Source: Candidatus Nomurabacteria bacterium
GTDB taxonomy: Bacteria; Patescibacteriota; Minisyncoccia; Phycocordibacterales; UBA9973
Reading direction: 5' to 3'
Assembly: GCA_943359485.1 (NCBI GenBank)
Contig: CALRHR010000002.1
Coordinates: 24,992-88,991 of the forward strand
DNA: 64,000 nt
Below are positions 19,501 through 30,584 of the stretch, one piece after another. Positions within the stretch are counted from its first letter, which is position 1; each line of letters begins with the position of its first letter. The position numbers were made by a program, and so were the translations under genes. The notes beneath the pieces were generated by a model. It did no database searches. It was not told the DNA's origin and saw nothing but the letters and a program-made list of their open reading frames with translations.

Positions 19501-20015
19501 CTCACAGAAGATAAAACGTCTGCACCATTTGAGGCTATGTTCGTATCTGACGTGCTTCCAGACATAAAATCAAAATACAAATTTGTTTTTCCAATATTTT
19601 TGGGTAAAAAAGTTATGGTGGCCAAGACGCCGTTTCCATTGTAAACACCACTACCAGGGGCTACTTGTGCAAAACTAATTCTTCCGTTGGTAGAGTCTGC
19701 AGAATTTACCACAGTGTTTGACATCAAGCTGCCTGGAGAGATTTGTATTCCGGGTGCACCTCCATCCGCATCTACTACCTCTAAAAAAGATGGATTGTAA
19801 TTTAAATACAAGATGTCTACGCCCTCAACACTCGCGTCTTGTGTGTCGAGAAAGATGCTAACCGTAAAGTTGGAGTTCTGAGTTACATTTTGGGAAGAAG
19901 GAGAAAGGTACAGCGTGGCTGCCTCAGTGTTCGTAGCAAAACATAAAAGCATAAGGCCAAACAAGAATACGAGTAATTTGTCTTTTGAGTTTGATTCTTT
20001 TTTCATTTTATACAC
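16593..20015 (-). CDS. Giant secreted multidomain surface protein: signal peptide, cohesin-like domain, Gly10 linker, PG-binding domain, parallel beta-helix (pectate-lyase/NosD-like), PT-linkers, C-terminal dockerin-like repeats
   Basis: 1140 aa with an N-terminal signal peptide ([19 protein letters not shown]). A cohesin-like segment ([14 protein letters not shown]...[19 protein letters not shown]) is followed by a poly-Gly linker and then PG_binding_1 ([15 protein letters not shown]...DGVLGPKT...ADGLIGPKT). Beta-helix repeats have NxN/GxxxN ladders ([24 protein letters not shown]). Long (P[AT]P)n linkers precede a C-terminal dockerin pattern [12 protein letters not shown]...[12 protein letters not shown]. 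Confidence 0.7.
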   Translation of the reverse strand: MYKMKKESNSKDKLLVFLFGLMLLCFATNTEAATLYLSPSSQNVTQNSNFTVSIFLDTQDASVEGVDILYLNYNPSFLEVVDADGGAPGIQISPGSLMSNTVVNSADSTNGRISFAQVAPGSGVYNGNGVLATITFLPKNIGKTNLYFDFMSGSTSDTNIASNGADVLSSVSSAEYNIIGIVQNANSSSSSGGGGGGGGGGSKKVSTYSPVSTTKNNATTYALPKAETKTAYNFGAVTLKNGSRGEAVKELQKFLNQVLNLGLVIDGVLGPKTINVIKTWQKNHGLVADGLIGPKTKLKMNSSINGIVKGVATNVSISDYGACGAGDAAAAITQAFGAVADNGTINFDCVADIGSTVSLNGKTGITVQGINGGGFRITGVGTASNGITGGILFDVRSCTNCVIKNLNVDGNNNFCTAAFGATNNTNTTFENLNIRNMNMQCGPDSQASAVFQASGNTGNTYQNITIDRDTSNVPVPNLRVMRGMWLGNWWQSAIEKNITVENNHVYKTGHSGIVVQASGTVKVLNNVSNNTGCAGIKLLMDGYYNPSSTALYSGNTTNRNDCHGLQLTLNYGARNVTITGNTAEENTQSGIYVVNEDTNSSEILRNSTISNNIIRNNKSSNLSGGIYFNNGGQNVTISGNTMSSTNPLPQYAGIVFGGNANLSTVNISNNIFSGHSRDGITFWDTPTQVQNVIISGNNFSGNASFGIYGTGGSTFSGITGSGNTFSTNGNAVSSNINVTGGAVAPTPAPVSAPVPTTVANPQPSPSPSPSPLVTSPGAFVTSISSLDILRNDYTGWVGFSMTTGNQAITITALGRYIVSGNNQAHTIKIVRASDNADLGSVKLSTAGKTAGQFAYTDLASPLGLLANTTYYIVSQETTDSDKWHNNGNTILNTKSEATVNKGVYFNGSGYSITGISRTSYVPVDFKYYIGNPVVTPAPVPAPTPTPVPAPAPAPAPVPAPTPIPTPAPTPTPVPAPIPTPTPVPVPTPTPTPSQSAPQATTKIKSIKLSLEGTNLKNIPGKIEVYSKSTKLSEINISPDSSGQATPSISNSSTVVDIRIVVPGFLPKIIRGVDLNQTSEIDYGQLTAGDFNNDSVIDTIDSSIIFQNWNKNIPLYDINKDGTVNSLDYSILYRNLNKKGD
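17017..17222 (-). repeat. Low-complexity coding repeat encoding the (PxP[AT])n Pro-Thr linker of the giant protein
   Basis: The repeated ggtgc(t/a)gg(g/t)g(c/t)agg units translate on the minus strand to [20 protein letters not shown]... Confidence 0.7.
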
Positions 20016-20071
20016 TCATTCTAACGGTTTCGTGTCTTAAAAGCAAACAAAATATAATGTGGACAAGCTGT

Positions 20072-20099
20072 TTACTTGATTTCTTGAATCTGCTAGAAT
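20072..20099 (+). promoter_or_regulatory. Putative promoter (TTACTT, 16-bp spacer, TAGAAT) for the 20106 ORF; leaderless geometry
   Basis: The -10 TAGAAT ends 7 nt before the ATG at 20106, and no SD is present. Confidence 0.3.
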
Positions 20100-20105
20100 G
20101 GAATC

Positions 20106-20423
20106 ATGAAAAAAGTAGCTAAAAAATCAACTGGAAAATATGTAACAGAAAAAACCTTCAATGCTTTTGAAGATAGATTTGATAGTAGTTCGAGAGCTAT
20201 CGCGCAATCATTTGCTGACAATGCTGAAGTTACTTCAAGAATGCTTGTAGAACTTAAAAATATAAATGCCGCTACAACTCTTATTCTAAAAGAAATTACA
20301 GCTATACATGAAGATGGAAAAAAGTTTAGAGAAAATATTTCCAGTTTAAATAGTGATGGTTTATCTTGCGATAGAAGAATTAATAATCTAACTATTCGAG
20401 TGGAAAAGCTGGAGTCTAAGTAA
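20106..20423 (+). CDS. Small hypothetical coiled-coil protein
   Basis: 105-aa ORF, Lys/Glu-rich and predicted helical, with no known motif. It lies inside the putative island. Confidence 0.4.
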   Translation: MKKVAKKSTGKYVTEKTFNAFEDRFDSSSRAIAQSFADNAEVTSRMLVELKNINAATTLILKEITAIHEDGKKFRENISSLNSDGLSCDRRINNLTIRVEKLESK

Positions 20424-20425
20424 AT

Positions 20426-20454
20426 TTGCATGCCTTTCTTCTTTATATTATTAT
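20426..20454 (+). promoter_or_regulatory. Promoter-like element copy 1 (TTGCAT, 17-bp spacer, TATTAT) upstream of hicB-like gene
   Basis: A ~40-bp block aatttgcat(g/c)(c/t)ctttcttctttatattattat is shared with 22628-22668 upstream of atpI. The -35/-10 hexamers have an exact 17-bp spacing. Confidence 0.45.
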
Positions 20455-20465
20455 GATATAAGCAT

Positions 20466-20720
20466 ATGATATCAAAATTTATTGAACAAAAATTAAGAAT
20501 GGCAAAATACAAACTACTTACAGACGGTACTTTTTTTGCTGAGGTACCTTCGATTAGGGGTGTTTGGGCAAATGCTAAAACACTAGAAAAATACAGAGAA
20601 GAACTCGCAGAAGTTCTGGAAGACTGGTTATTTTTAAATATTAGAGAAAAAAGAAGTATCCCGGGCTTTCCAGCTAAAACAAATTTCAAGGTACTTTTCA
20701 AGCCAAGGGCTTATGCTTAA
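20466..20720 (+). CDS. HicB-like antitoxin (UPF0150/DUF1902 fold)
   Basis: KYKLLTDGTFFAEVPSIRGVWANAKTLEKYREELAEVLEDWL fits the HicB N-domain pattern Y..DG...AEVP...G....G.T.EEA. Confidence 0.5.
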   Translation: MISKFIEQKLRMAKYKLLTDGTFFAEVPSIRGVWANAKTLEKYREELAEVLEDWLFLNIREKRSIPGFPAKTNFKVLFKPRAYA

Positions 20721-20746
20721 AAACATCTCGTTCAAGAATCTTGTAA

Positions 20747-20926
20747 TTAAGTTTAAAGACCTTGGTTTTTTCTGGTCCATATGCTGGCGGTAGACATTTA
20801 TTTATGGAGAAAAGAAATTTAAAAATTTATATCCCTAATCCGCAAAAAGGTGATATTCCCAAATCTCTAGTTGCTGAGATTTTGCGCCAGGCTGGGATTT
20901 CGAAAGATGACTGGAATGATGCATAG
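20747..20926 (+). pseudogene. Degenerate HicA-like toxin remnant
   Basis: The frame from the upstream stop translates ...FSGPYAGGRHLFMEKRNLKIYIPNPQKGDIPKSLVAEILRQAGISKDDWNDA*. The C-terminus matches the HicA ...TVP.H..KDL..GTL..ILKQAGL end. The N-terminus is degenerate, and the only ATG (20804) would give a 40-aa product. Confidence 0.35.
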
Positions 20927-21011
20927 TCAAAGAGTCTAACCTGTCCCGTAGCGATCTCTACCGTGTACTGAGCTTGCTCTAGTACTGCGGTTCGCTGTTT
21001 TGTACCGGGAC

Positions 21012-21028
21012 TCCTTCCGCTCGCACAA
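21012..21028 (+). repeat. 17-bp direct repeat of the tRNA-Ile 3' end (attR-like)
   Basis: tccttccgctcgcacaa is identical to 16572-16588 (T-stem 3' half, acceptor 3' strand and 3 nt beyond). Two further upstream matches (ga) extend it to 20 positions with one mismatch. Confidence 0.6.
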
Positions 21029-21076
21029 ATTTGCACTATATTTATTTATAATGTATAGTTATAATGATTTTATCGT

Positions 21077-22588
21077 ATGATTTTAGAAACTTTAAACAAT
21101 CCAGAAAAATCTCCCAAACATCCTGCAGTGACGAGGCTTCTTGAGGCGGCTGAGCATTATGTTTCGCCAAAATATCTTAATAAAAATAGAAACCCATGGA
21201 GGAAGAAAGATGATAGTGTTCTCGAATTCATACCGGAGCAATATGACACCGCAGATCCTTTTAATCACAAGTATGACGGAAAAGTTTGGGTTCCTAAGGG
21301 AAACCCGGATTCTGTTATGCCTGATGCTCTAGATTTGAACAATTTAAAATTTATTTCTAAGGAAAAAGCTCAAGAGGCACTGGATCGTTTAGAAGAGTTT
21401 ACTCGTGATATTAAATCCAGCGAGCAGTTGTCACTAGTAATTGGGACTGGTGGTACTATTGCTATGTCACTTCAAAATGGAGAGCTGATTCCAAAACTAG
21501 ACACTGATGCAATCCTGGAATTTGCTGGACAGCGCTTGAGAAACCAATTCAGATTAACAGGCTTGGAATTTCCCAGAGCCATGGATAGTTCTCAGATGTG
21601 TTCTGATTTTACAATGGATATATTAATAGCGATTTCAGCCATTTGGGATAAAGCTTCAGATAATCTAAAGAAACACTTCGCTGGATTTTTAGTTACGCAC
21701 GGTACTGATACTTTAGCATGGAGCGCTGCTGATATGGCAATGGCACTAGGTCCTAACCCGCCTTTTAGTGTTGCTTTTGTCGGTGCCCAACAAACAACAG
21801 AAGCTACTTTTTCTGATGTTGCATCAAATGTAGCTTTCTCTCTTAAATCACTTTCTAGACTAAAAGAGAATAATATAAATACCGTTATGATTGGAATTGG
21901 GGGTACTGCCGGAGCTGCATACAGCGGTTTGGGTGCCATAAAGGTTAGTGATGTGGATGCTAAAGCCTTTGACACTCCCGGACACAAAGTTTTAATTAAT
22001 TGGTCAGATTTTGGTAAAAGTGGAACCAGTAATGAATTTTTACAAAAATCACCTGCAAAAAAAAGAGAAGATTCCTTCAGACCCTTAATTTTTAGTGGTC
22101 CCAGACCATTTTTCCGCATATCGCCAGACCAAGGAAGCAATCCTAATGCAGAATACCAACGTGTTTTAAATTCACCCGAACCTGTAATTATTTTAGAGTC
22201 ATTTGGTACTGGTACTGCCCATAGAGATATTGTTGAAGCTGTGATGACCGCAGCTAAAGAATCGGGAAAAGTAGTTTTTCTGTCCAGCCCTTTGGCTACC
22301 GGTAGTTTAGATCATAAATATGCAGATGCATTATATGCGGTAGAAAGGGGAGCTATCCCCGTAGAAATGATGCCGGCTGCGTTAGCGGCAAAGATTCATC
22401 TAGCCGTTACTATGATTGGTGTTAAAGATAAAGAACGTTTTGTTGATTTTGTAAAAAATCGAAATTATGCAGGAGAACAGTTCGCGGAATGGAAACCCAA
22501 AAATCGGGGAACATCTCCCGGTAATCCTTTCTTTAGAATTGGAGCACCAAGAGGTTTCTCTGATGTTGCATGGACGGGAACAATGTAG
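21077..22588 (+). CDS. L-asparaginase-family protein (asparaginase/glutaminase fold)
   Basis: The VIGTGGTIAMS threonine motif is the asparaginase N-terminal catalytic signature. 503 aa with an unusual ~110-aa N-terminal extension. Confidence 0.55.
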   Translation: MILETLNNPEKSPKHPAVTRLLEAAEHYVSPKYLNKNRNPWRKKDDSVLEFIPEQYDTADPFNHKYDGKVWVPKGNPDSVMPDALDLNNLKFISKEKAQEALDRLEEFTRDIKSSEQLSLVIGTGGTIAMSLQNGELIPKLDTDAILEFAGQRLRNQFRLTGLEFPRAMDSSQMCSDFTMDILIAISAIWDKASDNLKKHFAGFLVTHGTDTLAWSAADMAMALGPNPPFSVAFVGAQQTTEATFSDVASNVAFSLKSLSRLKENNINTVMIGIGGTAGAAYSGLGAIKVSDVDAKAFDTPGHKVLINWSDFGKSGTSNEFLQKSPAKKREDSFRPLIFSGPRPFFRISPDQGSNPNAEYQRVLNSPEPVIILESFGTGTAHRDIVEAVMTAAKESGKVVFLSSPLATGSLDHKYADALYAVERGAIPVEMMPAALAAKIHLAVTMIGVKDKERFVDFVKNRNYAGEQFAEWKPKNRGTSPGNPFFRIGAPRGFSDVAWTGTM

Positions 22589-22630
22589 GTTGGTCAAGCC
22601 GCATAAACTTTACAAGAAAGTTACTATAAT

Positions 22631-22659
22631 TTGCATCTCTTTCTTCTTTATATTATTAT
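22631..22659 (+). promoter_or_regulatory. Promoter-like element copy 2 (TTGCAT, 17-bp spacer, TATTAT) for the atp operon
   Basis: Same block as 20426-20454. It is followed by the leader aagcccccAGGAGacATG with an SD-like AGGAG before atpI. Confidence 0.5.
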
Positions 22660-22680
22660 AGTAATAAGCCCCCAGGAGAC

Positions 22681-22986
22681 ATGCAGGGCTTTATTTTTGT
22701 GGATAAAGATACCAAAGCAGAAAATTTAGAGGCATGGTGGAAACCGGCCTTAGAGATTTTTACTGAAGTATCTACCTGGATAGTAGTACCCATAGTGTTT
22801 GCTCTGGGTGTGGGTAAAGTCTTGGATAGGTATTTTGGTACTAAGCCCTGGATATTTATTATTTTAGCTATTCTTGGTTTTGTTTTTTCTTCTATGAAAA
22901 TAGTTAGTATTGTAAAGAAATATGTTGAAAATTTAAAAAATAAAGAAATAGAGAAAAATAATATAAAACAAGATGTCGGTAAATAA
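22681..22986 (+). CDS. atpI: ATP synthase protein I / AtpZ-like small membrane protein
   Basis: 101 aa with two TM helices, in the first position of the atp operon directly before atpB. Confidence 0.55.
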   Translation: MQGFIFVDKDTKAENLEAWWKPALEIFTEVSTWIVVPIVFALGVGKVLDRYFGTKPWIFIILAILGFVFSSMKIVSIVKKYVENLKNKEIEKNNIKQDVGK

Positions 22987-23926
22987 AGAAGATACTATAA
23001 TTCAAGAACAAGATCTTAGTGTTGCAAATACAACAGAGACAAAAGATACCAATAGAGAAATATCTCATACGGTGACGCTTTATGCAGAACCCATAATACA
23101 TTTTAAATATTTTACTATTACAAATGCCTTGGCTACTTCTTGGGTAGTAATAATTATAATAGCTATAATAGCTATTACTTTAAATAAAAAAATAAAAGAA
23201 GTTCCAGGTAAATTACAAAACCTGTTTGAAATAATAATAGAAGGAGCGCTTACTTTATGTGATCAAGTGACAAATTCAAGATTGCTATCTCTCCAAATTT
23301 TTCCAATAGCCATTTCTGCTTTCTTTTTTATTTTAATAAATAACTGGTTGGGAATATCTCCCTTTGGTGGATTTGGGTTGCTTGAAGATGGAGATCATGG
23401 ACTTGCTTTTATTCCATTTCTTCGTGGGGGAACAGCTGATTTAAATACCACAATAGCTTTATCAGTTGTCGCTGTATTGGGTGCAAATGTTTTCGGTGTT
23501 ATTTCTATTGGCATGTGGAAAACCATTAATAAATATGTTAATCTAAAAGCGCTGGGGGGGATATATACAAAAATACGAAAAGAGCCGACAGTTATTATCG
23601 TAGCTCCTATCACATTCTTTGTTGGATTGATAGAAATAGCTGGTGAATTTGCCAAGGTTGCTTCTCTGTCCTTTCGTCTTTTTGGTAATATCTTGGCGGG
23701 AGAAGTTCTCCTGGCATCTATTTCTGCTCTCTTGGTGTTTGCCGCTCCGATACCTTTTTTCTTTCTAGAGATATTAGTAGGAGTAGTTCAAGCTTTGATA
23801 TTCTCCATACTTTTAGTTGTTTATTTTACAGTTTCGGCAACCGACCATGACCATGAAGAACACAAAGGTATGTCAAAAGAAGAAGGAGATGAGGTTGAAG
23901 AAATAGAAAATATTGTTCATGCATAA
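22973..23926 (+). CDS. atpB: F0F1 ATP synthase subunit a
   Basis: LSFRLFGNILAGEVLL (with the conserved Arg) and NNWLGI, plus an acidic His-rich C-terminal tail. The true start may be an internal Met. Confidence 0.85.
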   Translation: MSVNKEDTIIQEQDLSVANTTETKDTNREISHTVTLYAEPIIHFKYFTITNALATSWVVIIIIAIIAITLNKKIKEVPGKLQNLFEIIIEGALTLCDQVTNSRLLSLQIFPIAISAFFFILINNWLGISPFGGFGLLEDGDHGLAFIPFLRGGTADLNTTIALSVVAVLGANVFGVISIGMWKTINKYVNLKALGGIYTKIRKEPTVIIVAPITFFVGLIEIAGEFAKVASLSFRLFGNILAGEVLLASISALLVFAAPIPFFFLEILVGVVQALIFSILLVVYFTVSATDHDHEEHKGMSKEEGDEVEEIENIVHA

Positions 23927-23982
23927 TCATTTATTATTAAGTAGTCGAAATTATTATTAATTATTATTTAATCACCGCGTAA

Positions 23983-24204
<222 letters not shown>

Positions 24205-24286
24205 TAGTTAATTGGGTCCTAGTTCTGGGTTCTAGTCTGTAATTTTTTATGGCTAGTACCTAGTCACTAGTACCTAAAATAAAAAC

Positions 24287-24781
24287 ATGGAATCAATTAT
24301 TTCAACATTTCACATAGACTGGAAAATTATTATTGCTCAAGGTATAAATTTCGGGGTAGTTTTTTTTGTATTATATCGTTATGCAATAAAGCCATTACTG
24401 AAGACAATGAATGTTCGTCAAGAAAAGATAGCTCAAGGTTTAAAAGATGCAAAAGATAATGCAGATATTTTACTTGAAACAGAAACAAAACATGAAGAAA
24501 TATTATCTCAAGCTAGATTAGAAGCGCATGAGGTGTTCCAAGATATAAAAAATGAAGCAGAGATTAAAAAAGCGGAAATAATTGAAGAAGCTAAAAAAGA
24601 AGCTATTTATATAGTTGAAAATGGTAAAAAAATATTAGAGAATGAAAAAAGGAAAATGATTTCGGAAGAACATGAAGAAATCATAGGATTAATAATCAAA
24701 GGTACGGAAAAGTTGCTCGGACAAAAATCTGATGCTTCTTTGAATGAAAAAGCTATTAAAGATTTAAGCGCTATATTGTAA
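24287..24781 (+). CDS. atpF: F0F1 ATP synthase subunit b
   Basis: N-terminal TM helix followed by a long charged helix (KPLLKTMNVRQEKIAQGLKDAKD). Confidence 0.8.
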   Translation: MESIISTFHIDWKIIIAQGINFGVVFFVLYRYAIKPLLKTMNVRQEKIAQGLKDAKDNADILLETETKHEEILSQARLEAHEVFQDIKNEAEIKKAEIIEEAKKEAIYIVENGKKILENEKRKMISEEHEEIIGLIIKGTEKLLGQKSDASLNEKAIKDLSAIL

Positions 24782-24787
24782 TCACAT

Positions 24788-25195
24788 ATGGGAATTTTAA
24801 CAAACAACGAAATAGCAGAAAATATTTTTTCTTTAATAAAAAATACAAATCAAAAAGGTTTAGTTGAAATTATAGAAAAAGTTGTATTTTTAGACAGACA
24901 GCGTTTGGCTGGGCAGACTAAAATCATACTCTCTAGTATAAAAGATATTTTATATAAACAAAACAAAATTTTAGAAGTAGATCTCATTAGTGCTATTCTT
25001 TTAGAAAATAGTCAGAAAGAGAAGTTGTCTTTAATTTTAAAAAATAGTTTCGATGCTAATGAAATTATTTTTAATGAAAAAATCGACAAGGATGTATTGG
25101 GAGGATTTAAGATAGAAGTGAAAGATGAAGTCATAGACCTGACTCTTAGAAAAAAAATTTTAAAATTACAAGAACATTTAATAAATAAAATATGA
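24788..25195 (+). CDS. atpH: F0F1 ATP synthase subunit delta (OSCP), short form
   Basis: 135 aa, in the position between atpF and atpA. C-terminal ...[24 protein letters not shown] resembles the delta C-terminus. Confidence 0.6.
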   Translation: MGILTNNEIAENIFSLIKNTNQKGLVEIIEKVVFLDRQRLAGQTKIILSSIKDILYKQNKILEVDLISAILLENSQKEKLSLILKNSFDANEIIFNEKIDKDVLGGFKIEVKDEVIDLTLRKKILKLQEHLINKI

Positions 25196-26694
25196 GTCAC
25201 GATCAGATTATAGAAAATTTAAAGAAAGACATGCAAAGTTTTACACTAGAAAATAAAGTAGAACATGTTGGTAAAGTTTTGGAACTTTTTGATGGCATTG
25301 CCAAAGTTTCTGGGCTTTCTAATGTTAAGTCTTCCGAAATGGTTACTTTCTCTGGAGGAGAAGTCGGTGTGGTTTTGAACCTCGAAACAGATGTAGTTGG
25401 TATCATTATATTGGGTGACTATTCCAAAATTAAAGAAGGTGATGAAGTAAAGGCGACAGGGAGAATTTTAGAAATTCCTGTTTCAGACAATATTTTAGGA
25501 CGAGTGGTAGATAGTTTGGGTGTTCCGATTGACGGTAAGGGTGTCATTAAAAGTGAGAAAAGCTATCCTATTGAAAAAGTTGCTCCGGGGGTTGTGACCA
25601 GACAAAGCGTCAGTGAACCAGTTGCGACTGGGATAAAAGTTATTGATGCTATCATTCCCGTTGGTCGCGGTCAGCGTGAGCTTATAATAGGTGACAGACA
25701 AACAGGCAAGACTGCTCTCGCTATAGATGCTATTTTAAATCAAAAAGGTCAGAACATGATTTGTGTTTATGTTTCTATTGGGCAAAAAGATTCTAAGCTT
25801 CGTAAACTAGAAGCTCGTCTTGAAGAAGGCGGGGCGATGAAATACACAGTTATCGTATCTGCAGGTGCTTCCGAGCCTGCTTCTATGTCATACATTGCTC
25901 CGTATGCTGGAGTTTCTATTGCAGAATATTTTATGGATCAAGGAAAAGATGTACTTATTATTTATGATGATCTTTCTAAACACGCTGTCGCTTATCGAGA
26001 AATTTCTTTACTACTTCGTCGTCCACCTGGGCGTGAAGCTTATCCGGGAGATGTATTTTATTTACACTCGAGACTTCTTGAGCGCGCTTGCAGGAGGAAT
26101 GAAAAATACGGAGGAGGGTCTATTACTGCATTTCCAATTATTGAAACACAAGCTGGAGATATCTCAGCTTATATTCCCACAAATGTTATTTCTATTACTG
26201 ATGGGCAGATTTTCTTAGAGACTGACCTTTTTTATAAAGGTATACGCCCTGCGGTAAATGTCGGAAGTTCTGTGTCTCGCGTTGGTTCAGCTGCGCAGAT
26301 AAAAGCTATGAAAAAAGTAGCTGGAACACTCAAACTCGACCTTGCGCAGTATCGTGAACTTGAAGCATTTTCTCAGTTCGGTTCAGATCTGGATGATGCC
26401 ACAAAGAAACAATTAGAAAGAGGCAAAAGGTCAGTTGAAGTTTTAAAGCAACTACAGTATGCCCCAGTAAAAACAGAACACCAAGTTGTTGTTTTCTACG
26501 CTTTAACGAAAGGTTTTATGGATGATGTCGCTATTGATAAAATAAAGACTTTTGAAAGTGAGCTGATAGACTACAGTGAAAACAATGCTAAAACTTTTTA
26601 TAAAGAAATTCGTGAGTCAAAAATGTGGACAGAAAAAGGCGAAGAGGAATTGAAGAAAATTATTACAGAATTTAAAACAAGTTTTGTGAAGTAA
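25192..26694 (+). CDS. atpA: F0F1 ATP synthase subunit alpha
   Basis: P-loop GDRQTGKTA and the alpha-type signature ...[26 protein letters not shown]. Confidence 0.95.
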   Translation: MSHDQIIENLKKDMQSFTLENKVEHVGKVLELFDGIAKVSGLSNVKSSEMVTFSGGEVGVVLNLETDVVGIIILGDYSKIKEGDEVKATGRILEIPVSDNILGRVVDSLGVPIDGKGVIKSEKSYPIEKVAPGVVTRQSVSEPVATGIKVIDAIIPVGRGQRELIIGDRQTGKTALAIDAILNQKGQNMICVYVSIGQKDSKLRKLEARLEEGGAMKYTVIVSAGASEPASMSYIAPYAGVSIAEYFMDQGKDVLIIYDDLSKHAVAYREISLLLRRPPGREAYPGDVFYLHSRLLERACRRNEKYGGGSITAFPIIETQAGDISAYIPTNVISITDGQIFLETDLFYKGIRPAVNVGSSVSRVGSAAQIKAMKKVAGTLKLDLAQYRELEAFSQFGSDLDDATKKQLERGKRSVEVLKQLQYAPVKTEHQVVVFYALTKGFMDDVAIDKIKTFESELIDYSENNAKTFYKEIRESKMWTEKGEEELKKIITEFKTSFVK

Positions 26695-26707
26695 AAATAT
26701 AAATATT

Positions 26708-26734
26708 ATTTATGCCCGGAACAAAAGAAATTAA
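26708..26734 (+). repeat. 27-bp direct repeat, copy 1 (duplicate of the atpG 5' end and 8 nt upstream)
   Basis: atttatgcccggaacaaaagaaattaa is identical to 27265-27291. The copy would encode a truncated MPGTKEIKKIEKNINI* peptide. Confidence 0.8.
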
Positions 26735-26771
26735 GAAGATTGAAAAAAACATAAATATATAGTAATATAAA

Positions 26772-27011
26772 GTGGTTATGAAAAAATCAATTCACAATTA
26801 TACAGCCGTATTTGAAAGAAATGAAAACAATGGCTATACTGTTACGGTTCCTTCGCTTCCTGGTCTTGTTACCGAAGGGAGGAACTTAGATGATGCTCGT
26901 AAAATGGCAACCGAAGCTATCGAGTGCTATTTAGCAGGCCTTAAAGTAGACAAGAAGCAACTTCCAGTCGAGGGAGATATTGCCAGCATCAGGCTTTCGG
27001 TATTTGCATAA
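26772..27011 (+). CDS. hicB: HicB-family antitoxin
   Basis: YTAVFERNENNGYTVTVPSLPGLVTEGRNLDDARKMATEAIECYLAG is the canonical HicB/UPF0150 N-domain. Confidence 0.8.
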   Translation: MVMKKSIHNYTAVFERNENNGYTVTVPSLPGLVTEGRNLDDARKMATEAIECYLAGLKVDKKQLPVEGDIASIRLSVFA

Positions 27012-27012
27012 T

Positions 27013-27243
27013 ATGCCTCGACTCAAGCGTCTTACCGCCAAGGATGTATGTAAAATTCTACACAGTTCTGGATTCTTTGTGCATCATACTCATGGTAGCC
27101 ATGTGCACTTACGACATCCTGAAAAATTGCATTTGCGTGTGGTCGTGCCATATCACAACCGAATTCTTGCACCAAAAACATTGAAATCAATCATTGTTCA
27201 AGCAGAATTATCCAGGGAGGAAATTAAGAATTTTTTTAATTAA
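27013..27243 (+). CDS. hicA: HicA-family mRNA interferase toxin
   Basis: MPRLKRLTAKDVCKILHSSGFFVHHTHGSHVHLRHPEKLHLRVVVPYHNRILAPKTLKSIIVQAEL is the YcfA/HicA fold with the conserved His. It starts 2 nt after the hicB stop. Confidence 0.8.
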   Translation: MPRLKRLTAKDVCKILHSSGFFVHHTHGSHVHLRHPEKLHLRVVVPYHNRILAPKTLKSIIVQAELSREEIKNFFN

Positions 27244-27268
27244 AATAAGAAAATGTTAGTATAAATTT

Positions 27269-29616
<2,348 letters not shown>

Positions 29617-29626
29617 TAGGCAACTA

Positions 29627-29682
29627 GGCACTAGGCTCTAGGAAACTAGTTAAAGCCTAACGCCTAAAGCCTAACGCCTATG
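29627..29682 (+). repeat. CTAG-rich intergenic element with a 4x heptamer array (a/c)GCCTAA ending in the atpC start codon
   Basis: ggcactaggctctaggaaactagttaaagcctaa then (c/a)gcctaa repeats ending ..cgcctATG. The 34-bp core is identical to 32725-32758. Confidence 0.7.
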
Positions 29683-30129
29683 AATTCCAAGCAATTAAAA
29701 TTAAAACTAATCACAACAGAGCGTCTCGTCTTAGAAGAGATGGTAGACCAAGTCAGCATACCCACCACTCTTGGCGAGATAACCGTATTGCCGGATCATA
29801 TACCGTTAGTCACTGAGCTTACTTCTGGAGATATGGTAGCATTTCAAGGAAAAGAGCTTGTTCCTTTTGCTGTTGTAGGTGGATTTCTAGAAATAAAAAA
29901 TGGTGAAGATGGTGTGACAGAAGTAGCAATCTTGGCAGATTTTGCTGAACATGTGTCAGAATTGTCTGATGAAAAGATCAAACAGGCAAAAATGCAAGCA
30001 GAAGAACTCAAAAAGCAAAAAGAAAATAATAAGATTGTAGACTTCGAACACTTTGAAGCTGAACTCGAACGCTCACTGACCAGAGTAAAAATCGCGGACA
30101 AGTGGAGGACAAAGAAGTATAGGAGATAG
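29680..30129 (+). CDS. atpC: F0F1 ATP synthase subunit epsilon
   Basis: Beta-sandwich N-domain (LKLITTERLVLEEMVDQVSIPTTLGEITVLPDHIPLVTEL) followed by a helical C-terminus. Confidence 0.85.
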   Translation: MNSKQLKLKLITTERLVLEEMVDQVSIPTTLGEITVLPDHIPLVTELTSGDMVAFQGKELVPFAVVGGFLEIKNGEDGVTEVAILADFAEHVSELSDEKIKQAKMQAEELKKQKENNKIVDFEHFEAELERSLTRVKIADKWRTKKYRR

Positions 30130-30169
30130 AATTTATTTTTTGTTATTATTAATTTAATATATTAAATAT

Positions 30170-30580
30170 ATGGGAAGAGAAGATCTGCTGAAACCAAAAA
30201 AATCTGAAAAAACCCTAGAAAGAAAACCAGAAAGAAAAAAAGTCAGCCAAGAGCAAGCAACTGAGGAAATGATAAGAGAAATTTTTTTAACTTTTTCTGG
30301 GATGGTTTTTGATTTCTTGGAACGTAATCAGCCTGAAGTAGCAATGGTTCTAAAGAATGATTTTGAAAAGTTTACAGTGGTTTTAACTGAAGTAACTGGG
30401 GAAAGTGATTGGTCTCTTGAAGATCTAAGGAAGAGAATTCCAAATAATATGTGGCTTGTCTATTTAGATGGCTATTTATTGAAGCTAAAAACACTAACTG
30501 CTGATGAAATTTCTGAAGAAGATTTAAGAGGATTGAGAGAAGATGTAGAAAAAAGAACTAGCGAGGAAAATAAAAATTAA
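30170..30580 (+). CDS. Hypothetical acidic protein
   Basis: 136-aa ORF, Glu/Lys-rich, with no motif recognised. Confidence 0.35.
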   Translation: MGREDLLKPKKSEKTLERKPERKKVSQEQATEEMIREIFLTFSGMVFDFLERNQPEVAMVLKNDFEKFTVVLTEVTGESDWSLEDLRKRIPNNMWLVYLDGYLLKLKTLTADEISEEDLRGLREDVEKRTSEENKN

Positions 30581-30584
30581 ATAA

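Noticed and set aside
20827-21036. 69-aa minus-strand ORF across the attR-like region
   Set aside because: It has no motif and Cys/Arg-biased composition. It is antisense to the HicA-like remnant and overlaps the tRNA-fragment repeat.
22467-22661. 64-aa ORF spanning the end of the asparaginase-like gene and the atp promoter block
   Set aside because: It overlaps a better gene and a promoter element, and has a low-complexity C-terminus (ISFFFILL).
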